A DNA stretch of 64,000 bases from the NCBI GenBank assembly GCA_041577295.1, contig JBFGJG010000010.1, positions 1 to 64,000 on the forward strand, given 5' to 3'. The stretch's first letter is position 1. Every line of letters starts with the position of its first letter. The notes beneath the pieces are model-generated. The model was not told the origin of the DNA. It worked only from the letters and a program-made list of their open reading frames with translations, and searched no databases. Source of the stretch: Gemmatimonadales bacterium. Lineage in GTDB: Bacteria > Gemmatimonadota > Gemmatimonadetes > Gemmatimonadales > GWC2-71-9. Both the position numbers and the translations under genes were made by a program. This document shows positions 47,317 to 55,252 of this stretch, piece after piece.

Positions 47317-48978
47317 CTACCACCATGCGATCACGAAGATCGCGATCAGCACCAGCATTCCAACGGATTGGTACCGGTAGTTCTTGTACCAGGGGAGCCG
47401 TGCGAGCTCGTCTGCTTCCTCTGCGAGCAGTGCTGGCGACCACGTCAGGGTGCGCACCACCTCTTCATCGGGCTTTGACGTGGCAAGACTGACGATCGCC
47501 AGTGCCGCCAACGAGATGACGAGGAGGATTGGCGCGAGGTAGAGGAAGTGAATGACCGGTGTCCCGCCGGCGGCCAGCTGCAACTGCTCCGCCGTGAGCG
47601 CGTGCGTCTGGACGATGATCGACTCGGAGAGCGCCAAACCAAAGGTGATCGCGGCGGCGAGGTGACCGACAACTAAGGCAGCCAAGGCTCCATGACCGTT
47701 CGCACGTTTCCAAAATACGCCCGCGAAGAAGCACGCGACGATGGGCGGAGCCAGATAGGCCAGCATCTGTTGCAGGTATGTCCAGATGTTGGGGAACTTG
47801 ATGATCTGCGGTGCCCACAAGATGGCGAGCGTCATGAATGCAAAGGTCACGATTCGGCCGGCAATCACCAAGCTGTGGTTCGGCATCTCGGGCTTGATCT
47901 TCTTGAGAAAGTCCATGGTCACGAGCGTCGATGCCGAGTTCAGCGTCGAGTCCACACTCGACATGATGGCCGCCACCAAAGCCGTGATGATGAGGCCCCG
48001 GATCCCCACCGGTAGCAAGTCGAACATCAAGGTTGGGAAGATGAGATCCGAGTTCTGTGCCAGCATGGGAAATTCGGCGGGTGGATAGAGTAACCGTCCA
48101 AAGATGCCGGGCAATACCATGATGAAAATGATTGGAAGTTTGAGCAATCCAGCGAAGAGTGCACCCCAACGACCGTGATTCAGATCCTTCGCACCCAGGG
48201 TTCGCTGCACCATGAACTGGTTGGTGCCCCAGAAATAGAAGCCGAGCAGGAAAACGCCTGTGACGAGTCCGGGCCACGGTAGCACCGGATCGGAGGCGGG
48301 TCGTACGATCGACAAGTCATCCGCTGGCACCGCGGCGACGACACTTGCCCACGAGCCTCCGATGGCGTTGAACGAGAGTACCGATACCAGCAGGGCACCG
48401 ATCAGCAGGAGCACGGCCTGTACTGCGTCCGTGTACACCACGGCCTTCAACCCCCCGGCAATCGTATAGGCACCCGCCACGATCCCGAGCACGACCACTG
48501 AAGTCCAGAGTGGGACACCCGGATAAATGATCTGGATGACCAGGGCTCCCGCGTACAAGGCGGCCGCCGTGTCGATGGTGATGTTCATGAAGACTAGGAG
48601 CGCCGAGAAGTAGTATCGCGATCGAGGATCGAACCGCCGCTCGAGAAACTCGGGCATCGTGTACACACGCGTTTTTATATAGAACGGCAGGAAGAACACG
48701 AGGAATACGATCAGGACGAGCGCAGCCATCCACTCGTAGTTGTAGACCGAGATCCCCGAGCTGAAGGCCGAGGATGACAATCCCACCAGTGTGCTAGACG
48801 ATACGTTCGAGGCAAAGAGCGAAAACCCGATGAGCCACCAGGTCAGTGAACGCCCTGCGAGAAAGTAGTCGTCGGTGGTTCCGGTGCGCCTCGCGAAATA
48901 AAAGCCGAGCGTCACGATGAAGACGACGTAGAGCGCTACCATCACGAGGTCGGGCACCGCGAGCTGGAATTGGGGCAT
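47317..48978 (-). CDS. Sodium:solute symporter (SGLT-like sugar transporter)
   Basis: DYFLAGRS, SLFASN, TMPEFLERRF, GGLKAVVYTD, NQFMVQR and AAIMSS. Confidence 0.93.
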   Translation of the reverse strand: MPQFQLAVPDLVMVALYVVFIVTLGFYFARRTGTTDDYFLAGRSLTWWLIGFSLFASNVSSSTLVGLSSSAFSSGISVYNYEWMAALVLIVFLVFFLPFYIKTRVYTMPEFLERRFDPRSRYYFSALLVFMNITIDTAAALYAGALVIQIIYPGVPLWTSVVVLGIVAGAYTIAGGLKAVVYTDAVQAVLLLIGALLVSVLSFNAIGGSWASVVAAVPADDLSIVRPASDPVLPWPGLVTGVFLLGFYFWGTNQFMVQRTLGAKDLNHGRWGALFAGLLKLPIIFIMVLPGIFGRLLYPPAEFPMLAQNSDLIFPTLMFDLLPVGIRGLIITALVAAIMSSVDSTLNSASTLVTMDFLKKIKPEMPNHSLVIAGRIVTFAFMTLAILWAPQIIKFPNIWTYLQQMLAYLAPPIVACFFAGVFWKRANGHGALAALVVGHLAAAITFGLALSESIIVQTHALTAEQLQLAAGGTPVIHFLYLAPILLVISLAALAIVSLATSKPDEEVVRTLTWSPALLAEEADELARLPWYKNYRYQSVGMLVLIAIFVIAWW

Positions 48979-49160
48979 GTGTGCCTCTAGGGATCGATCC
49001 GTTCACCGGGTTGCGGCCGGGAAAGTGGCAGCCGGAACCGGTAGAAACAAGAACAGCGGACCGCTTCAGGGGTCGAGGGGATTTGCGGGCACCCTTTCGC
49101 TCCGCAACTCAAGGGCCGCGCTGCACTGTGATTCTCCTTGTACCACGAGGCGAGTCGATC

Positions 49161-49547
49161 GATGTCTCCCGTCGCAAAGCGCTCCACCGGCTGACCCTGA
49201 TCGTCGGTGGTGCGATATCCGCGCCTGCCATGGCGGCCGTTCTCTCTGGGTGCCGGGCGGCACCACCAACGCCCGGATGGACCCCCGCGGTGCTCACGCC
49301 AGATCAGCTCGATTTGCTCGGCCAGATGGTCGATCGAATCATCCCCGCGACCGACACCCCGGAAGCAAACGCGTACATCCGTGCTCAACGCGCGGAATCA
49401 GCTACGCGACGTGCCCAACGTGTTTGTGACCGACGGAGCGTGCATGACGTCCACCGCATGCCAAAAAATCCCTCCCTCACGTACATGGCGCTCACAGCGC
49501 GGGCGTGCGATTACGCGGTCGAGGCGAGCAAACGGATGGAGTTGTGA
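49161..49547 (+). pseudogene. Deletion scar: N-terminus of gluconate-2-DH subunit 3 fused to C-terminus of a GMC oxidoreductase
   Basis: SRRKALHRL...VDRIIPATDTP is followed immediately, with frame changes, by TSVLNARNQLRDVPNVFVTDGACMTSTACQ / NPSLTYMALTARACDYAVE*. Confidence 0.8.
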
Positions 49548-49559
49548 GTGGCCGCGCGT

Positions 49560-51764
49560 CTACCGGCCGCCTACGCTGACAACGCCGACCGCGAAGCGCT
49601 GTGGGGGAAGCGGCCGGCCGGACGAATCCTGTCCCTGGACGTGAACGTGGTACAGACCGCCGGGGATGGGGTTACCGGTTGCGCTTCGCAGGTCCCACGT
49701 CACACGGGGTGCTTCAGCAGCTCGTAGCGCGCGGACGACCGTGCCATCGGGTTCGAGAATCCGTACCTGTGCGCCCGGCGGGACGTTCGAGATGGCGAGC
49801 GCCGGGACAGTTGCTGTAGTGCTCACCGACACCTGCACCGCATTCGGCCCACGATAGCGGACCGGCAATCTGGCGAGCGGCGATCCCGCCTCTCGGATCC
49901 CCACAATGGCGGTTCCGCTCGCGCGGATGAGAAAGAGCGGAGCCAGCGCCTCGGCGAGCGAGGGGTTGAGACGTACCGCCGACTCAAAGGCCTCCGACGC
50001 CTCGCGATGACGGCCCATTCCCGTCAGGAGCGTCCCGAGATTGAATGCCGCGACATGCAGGCTCGGCTGCTCCCGTAACGCCGCTCGATACGCATCCTCG
50101 GCCTCCGTCCGCCGCCCGAGAGCGTGGAGGAAGTGCGCGTAATCCGCGCGGACCCAGGCGAGTGCGGGCTGAAGCTCGAGCGCCTGTTGATAGAGGCTCG
50201 CGATTGTGTCCGTGTTGCGATTTGACGCTTCATATGCACGGGCGAGGGCGTGTACACGGTCCGGGTGACCGGGATTCAACCGGACTGCACGTTCGAGCAC
50301 CCGAATTGCGTCGTCATTCCGCCCCAGCTGACGGTAGGCCAAGCCAAGCAGGAAGTGTGGATCCCTGAGCGTCGTGTCCGCGGCGAGTGCACGGTCGAGC
50401 GCCTCTGCCGCCTCGTCCAGCAACAGGGAGTTGTCCGCCAACGTTGCGTAGACCACCTCACCCATCGCCTGATAGATGGCCCCGAGCGCCCCACGGCGGT
50501 CGCGTTCGAAGTACGGTTCGACGGGACGATCCGTGGTCCGACGGGTGATCTCAGGTTCCGGCGTATCGGCGACGATGCGGATCCAGTGGTCTGTGAACGA
50601 TCCGTGGGGAATGGTCCGTTCTTTGACCTGGGGCATGTGGCAGGTTACGCAATCCGCGGAGCGATGGTGGTCAGCGCGGGCAGCGGGTCCGTCCATGCGA
50701 CCGGCCAGTGCGTCGACGGGGTGACAGCTCTGGCAGGTGACGTTCTGCGTTGCTTGATCGGTAAGTGGGCCGTGCGGGTCATGGCACGTTGCACAATCCA
50801 ACGGACGGTTGCTGCTCCGGCTTCCGACAAAGCAGGCACTCTGTCGCAAGCGGTCGGCGTGTGAGACGACATCGATGCTGCCCGCCGGCTTGAAGAAAGC
50901 TATGTGATCCGCCAACCGCTGTGACGGCATATAGCCGAAGGCGTCCTCTCCTTCGCGCAGCACCGACACGGGGGTGTGTACGTGGCACTGCTCGCACACG
51001 TCGAGACGACGCTCGAAGGGTAGGTGCTTCGGATTGACAATGCTGCTGTCGTACGTGCTGTCGACGGTGGTGTCTGCCGATCGCTCGGTTACATGAAGGG
51101 CGCCGGGGCCGTGACAGCGCTCGCAGCCAATGCCTGGTGGAAGCATGGCATACTTCCCCTCCAAAAAAGGCAATGGCTGCGGATAGCTTCCATGACACGC
51201 GATACAGCGATCCGGCATGAGTCGATCGAACCGGGGATTGTTCAGCTCGTATCCCGGGCTGAAATCCCAGCCTTTCTGGCGGTACCATGTGAGTGGGAGC
51301 TGGAACAGACGACCGTTTTCCGCGGTGAAGTAGGTCCGTGCGATAGTACCGCTGCCCATTACGTAGTCGATACGCCGCCGCAGCTCGTGCAAGCGGGATC
51401 CACCCGGTCCGATGATGAACTCCTCCTGAAAGAGCTCACCACCCACCTCGACGACCGAATAGACAAACCCGCTAGGTGGGTGTGCGATCGGTTCATCGAG
51501 CGGCGCTTCGATGCGGCTCTCAGGCGTCCATTCATGGAAGGACTTCGCCATGGCGTGAGCTTGGTACGCGGACGCCGCCGATTCATGGCAGTTGGTACAG
51601 GCATCATCACCCACGTACGCGGTTGGCATTTCGACGTTGCGAAAGAGCAGCGAAGGCTCCTCAGGAAGCGCCGCGGGCGCTCTGGTCGTCGACGTGCGCT
51701 CGCACGCGACAAGGAACATCGCCGTCCAAATGACCAGGAGTGACCGGGCGTACGTAACCCTCAT
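49560..51764 (-). CDS. Multiheme c-type cytochrome (7 CxxCH) lipoprotein with TPR repeats and C-terminal FlgD-like Ig domain
   Basis: CTNCH, CIACH, CERCH, CEQCH, CATCH, CQSCH and CVTCH. Lipobox LVAC, TPR helices, and VRILEPDGTVVRAL...TWDLRSATGNPIPGGLY. Confidence 0.88.
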   Translation of the reverse strand: MRVTYARSLLVIWTAMFLVACERTSTTRAPAALPEEPSLLFRNVEMPTAYVGDDACTNCHESAASAYQAHAMAKSFHEWTPESRIEAPLDEPIAHPPSGFVYSVVEVGGELFQEEFIIGPGGSRLHELRRRIDYVMGSGTIARTYFTAENGRLFQLPLTWYRQKGWDFSPGYELNNPRFDRLMPDRCIACHGSYPQPLPFLEGKYAMLPPGIGCERCHGPGALHVTERSADTTVDSTYDSSIVNPKHLPFERRLDVCEQCHVHTPVSVLREGEDAFGYMPSQRLADHIAFFKPAGSIDVVSHADRLRQSACFVGSRSSNRPLDCATCHDPHGPLTDQATQNVTCQSCHPVDALAGRMDGPAARADHHRSADCVTCHMPQVKERTIPHGSFTDHWIRIVADTPEPEITRRTTDRPVEPYFERDRRGALGAIYQAMGEVVYATLADNSLLLDEAAEALDRALAADTTLRDPHFLLGLAYRQLGRNDDAIRVLERAVRLNPGHPDRVHALARAYEASNRNTDTIASLYQQALELQPALAWVRADYAHFLHALGRRTEAEDAYRAALREQPSLHVAAFNLGTLLTGMGRHREASEAFESAVRLNPSLAEALAPLFLIRASGTAIVGIREAGSPLARLPVRYRGPNAVQVSVSTTATVPALAISNVPPGAQVRILEPDGTVVRALRAAEAPRVTWDLRSATGNPIPGGLYHVHVQGQDSSGRPLPPQRFAVGVVSVGGR

Positions 51765-51777
51765 GGCACCGTCCGCA

Positions 51778-52929
51778 TTAGCCAGTGTAGCGAATTCTGT
51801 AGATCCGTCCCTGGAAGATGTCGCTCAGGTAAATGCTGCCGTCGGGTCCCTCGGTAATGTCGAGTGGGTTGCCGAAGCCGGCGAAGTCGTAGACGGCAAA
51901 ATCTTGAAATACTGGGGGCGCCGAGCTGAGATCGACCATCTGGACACGTTTGGCCCGATCGCTCGGTCCCTGAGTAAAGGTGAAGCCAAAGAGCACCAGC
52001 AATAACTTGCCGCGATACGCTGCCGGAAACTGGGTTCCCCGGTAGACGATCATCCCGCCTGGCGCGACGATCTGTGTCCACACGTGGAGCGGCGTTACGA
52101 ACTCCGGCATCGACGTGTAACCGAGCCGCATCGGCCATCCGTAATTGCCACCCTCTTGGATCTGGTTCAGCTCGTCGCTATGATCGGGTCCGTTGTCGGT
52201 GGAGTACAGGTTTCCAGCTTCGTCAAATACCAGGTCGAAGCCGTTGCGCATGCCATACGCATACGTGTACGAGTTGGCGAATGGATTGTCGGCCGGTATG
52301 CTGCCGTCCGGATTCATTCGGAGAATCTTTCCAAGAAACGTGTCGGTGTCCTGGACCTGGTCCTCCATGAACGCATCACCCGTCGATACATAGAGCTTGT
52401 CATCCGGCCCAAAGGCCAAACTCTCGATCTGATGGCCGGGGGCGCTTGGAATTCCTTCTAGCAAAACGGTGAGATCCTCTCCGCGATTGTTAACGTCTGT
52501 CAGTCGCGCGACGCTGCCAAAGGTGCCCGAGTCGGTTCGCGTCGCATACGTGAAGTAGACGTACCGATTGGTGGCGTACTCCGGATCGAACGCGATCCCC
52601 AACAGACCGTTCTCACCGTCCACGGGAAATCCGCCCGTGGTATTGGTCAGAACCTGAACGAAGGGCTCGGCGAGCCGAGCGCCGTCGACCACGATCCAGA
52701 CGGTACCCGATTGTAATTCGTTCACGAATAGACGGTCCGATCCATCGGGTGGGAAGGCGATCGAGGTTGGAAGGTCGAATCCACTTGTGTAGATCTCCGC
52801 CAAGAAGCCTTGCGGCACAGTGATGCGTAACGGCCGAGGGGGAAGGGTGGGCACTTCATCCATTCCGTTACAGGCCATTCCGGCGAACGCAAAGGCTGCG
52901 AGGAAGGCGCTCTTCAAATAAGTCATCAT
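51778..52929 (-). CDS. PQQ-dependent sugar dehydrogenase (GSDH family) lipoprotein
   Basis: GENGLLGIAFDP, AFGPDDKLYVSTGD, GKILRMNPDGSIPADNPF, YGMRNG and DELNQI..GGNYGWP. Lipobox GMAC. Confidence 0.9.
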   Translation of the reverse strand: MMTYLKSAFLAAFAFAGMACNGMDEVPTLPPRPLRITVPQGFLAEIYTSGFDLPTSIAFPPDGSDRLFVNELQSGTVWIVVDGARLAEPFVQVLTNTTGGFPVDGENGLLGIAFDPEYATNRYVYFTYATRTDSGTFGSVARLTDVNNRGEDLTVLLEGIPSAPGHQIESLAFGPDDKLYVSTGDAFMEDQVQDTDTFLGKILRMNPDGSIPADNPFANSYTYAYGMRNGFDLVFDEAGNLYSTDNGPDHSDELNQIQEGGNYGWPMRLGYTSMPEFVTPLHVWTQIVAPGGMIVYRGTQFPAAYRGKLLLVLFGFTFTQGPSDRAKRVQMVDLSSAPPVFQDFAVYDFAGFGNPLDITEGPDGSIYLSDIFQGRIYRIRYTG

Positions 52930-53051
52930 TCCGTGGAATCTCTCAAGTTCCATGAAATTACCGGTCGTGCGCCGAGAGGCCAACGGAGGGGTGGCTGCAC
53001 GTGTCCGTTGCTGTGACCGATACTGAGTTGCGAGGCAACGGCGGGGGAGCG

Positions 53052-54983
53052 CTACAGGTCTCCCGCAAGGGTGAGGTGTCTGAGCTTTGGTGTCTTTTTC
53101 TCCTGGTGTTCTTGCATCCGCCGGAGGATGTGGTGGAGGAGGCGCACTGCCCGTGTGACATACGGTCCCTTATTGAGCATCACACATTCCGCTCGCTCGG
53201 CCATGGCGGCGTCGGTAATCTCCGCACGGGACGGCACTCCCCTTCGGGCGAGCGTCTCGAGAACCTGGGTTGCCCAGATGACCGGAACGTGAGCCGCTTC
53301 GCAAAACCAGAGGATCTCTTCCTGGGCCTCGGCCAGCCGCTCCCATCCACACTCGATGGCCAGATCGCCCCGTGCGATCATCACGCCAATTGGGTGTGTC
53401 CGCATGGCCGCCAGCAAGAGCCTGGGAAGACGCTGTAAGCCGCTCCGCGTTTCGATCTTCAGGATGATCGCCATGTCTTCACGGCCTCGCTTCCGAACCT
53501 CGTCTTGGAGCCGTATCACGTCGGCGGGCTCGTTTACGAACGAAACGCCGAGACCATCGGCATGCTCTACCACGACGTCGAGATCCGCCAGGTCCTTATG
53601 GGTGAGGTGCCCACGTAGCACGGCATCGGGAAAGTTGATCCCCTTATCGCCGCGAAGCCTGCTCCCACCGGGCCTGGCCAAGGTGATTTCCACGTGCACC
53701 TCGTGATCGTTGGCCGACCGCACGATGCCATGGATCTTGCCATCATCGAACGCCGCCGGATGCTCGGGGGCCAGTTGCTGGAAGATGTCGGGATAGGTGC
53801 ACGAGATGTGAGCGGGAGCCAGCACGGTGCCGTCCGCTGCGCGGACGGCTGGCGCTCCGGGCGCAGGGTCGGCGTGCAGCACGAGTGTGTCTCCCTCGAA
53901 CAACACGATCGGGACCTCGGCCGGCGGAAGCTCTCCAATTCTGGTCGTGTGTCCGGGGCCGTTACGCTCCATCAACCGGAGTTCGATTCCCGTCTCGACA
54001 TAGGCTGTTTTCCGCGATTCACCCCAAAACCCATCGTTGACCGTTGCCACGACCTTGACTTTGCGGTGCGAGCCACGGGCGTCGAGAAACTCAATGGCGT
54101 CGCCCGTGTGAACATGTGAGACCCAGTCGGACGTAACGGGAACGACCGCATCGGCGGGCACATCGCCAGGTGGGGCGACACCGGGAGGCGCGAACCAGAT
54201 CCGGGCCGGTGATTGGACCTGTCCACGGACATCTCGCTTGGGACGCCACCTCATAACTCGCGGTCCGGGCTCCACCGGACCGGTCCTCACCTTCGCACCG
54301 GCGAGGTCCATGAAGATCTTGCAGCTATAGCCTGTTTCCGCTGTGGCTCGCTCGATGTGCTCGACCATACGAGTCCACGCCGCCTGGTCATCGTGCGCGC
54401 AGTTGATGCGGGCGCAGTTCATACCGGCCGTGACCAGGTCTCGCACCAATCGATAGTCGCGCGCGGCTTCCGTCGGCAACGTCACCATGATTCGGACGCT
54501 TCGGCCCTTTGGTGCCTCGCCCAGCAGTGCGAGCGTGTTCGCCTTCAGCAGCGCAGCACCCTCATAATAGGTGACGGCCGGATCGGGCTGCAGATCGTCG
54601 GTCGGGCGCTGTCCCGCCGCCCGTTCCAGCGCGCGGCGCACCGCGTAGACGGTTGCCAGGGCGTGTGCTTCGGAACGACCCAACGATGAGAGGCCAAGCG
54701 CACCGAGTCGGCGCTGGATGCCGCGGAGGTCGAAATGACGGAGTGCGAGGTACTGCAGGAGGTTCCGCGCCGACTTTTGGAACGCCGGCGAGACTTCAGC
54801 GAGCGTGTCAGCGAACTCGTCTTCGAGCGTCGCCGCTTGGTCTCTGACGCCGTCGAGGTGCTCGATGAGCTCCTTCAGCGTCTCTTGATCGACGTCGTGA
54901 TGGGGAGGACTCCGCACGGAAAGCTCCCGGAGGGCTTTGAGCGGTTGAGATAAGAAACCCCACGATTCGCCTGTCTTTGGCAT
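53052..54983 (-). CDS. pyk: Pyruvate kinase (long variant)
   Basis: ARINCAH, DLAGAKVRTG, FDDGKI, KGINFP, KIET, MIARGDL, ATQVLE, PSRAEITD and VMLNKG. Confidence 0.9.
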   Translation of the reverse strand: MPKTGESWGFLSQPLKALRELSVRSPPHHDVDQETLKELIEHLDGVRDQAATLEDEFADTLAEVSPAFQKSARNLLQYLALRHFDLRGIQRRLGALGLSSLGRSEAHALATVYAVRRALERAAGQRPTDDLQPDPAVTYYEGAALLKANTLALLGEAPKGRSVRIMVTLPTEAARDYRLVRDLVTAGMNCARINCAHDDQAAWTRMVEHIERATAETGYSCKIFMDLAGAKVRTGPVEPGPRVMRWRPKRDVRGQVQSPARIWFAPPGVAPPGDVPADAVVPVTSDWVSHVHTGDAIEFLDARGSHRKVKVVATVNDGFWGESRKTAYVETGIELRLMERNGPGHTTRIGELPPAEVPIVLFEGDTLVLHADPAPGAPAVRAADGTVLAPAHISCTYPDIFQQLAPEHPAAFDDGKIHGIVRSANDHEVHVEITLARPGGSRLRGDKGINFPDAVLRGHLTHKDLADLDVVVEHADGLGVSFVNEPADVIRLQDEVRKRGREDMAIILKIETRSGLQRLPRLLLAAMRTHPIGVMIARGDLAIECGWERLAEAQEEILWFCEAAHVPVIWATQVLETLARRGVPSRAEITDAAMAERAECVMLNKGPYVTRAVRLLHHILRRMQEHQEKKTPKLRHLTLAGDL

Positions 54984-55252
54984 GATTCAACCTGTACACA
55001 AACCATGGGCCATCGAGCGTGAAGGATAGGATGAAGTTTATTTGAACGTTCCTTACCGGCACTCGAATACCAGCTGGTCTCATTCGGGTAAGTTCTGAGA
55101 CAGTGTCTCTGTCGCCTCCGTGTTTCCCCAGCAGGGATCCACAGGTATGGTTGCAGTTGAGGGTGCCGAGGGGAACGGAGAGGTCACGCGGGCAGAAAAT
55201 GGTTGCACGGCGAGGCCGATCGATAGCGAAAATGAGCTGCTTGGGGGAGTTA

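Noticed and set aside
55147..55207. Direct repeat ATGGTTGCA twice, 52 bp apart, upstream of pyk
   Set aside because: Only two 9-bp copies. It is not a CRISPR and matches no regulator motif I recognise.
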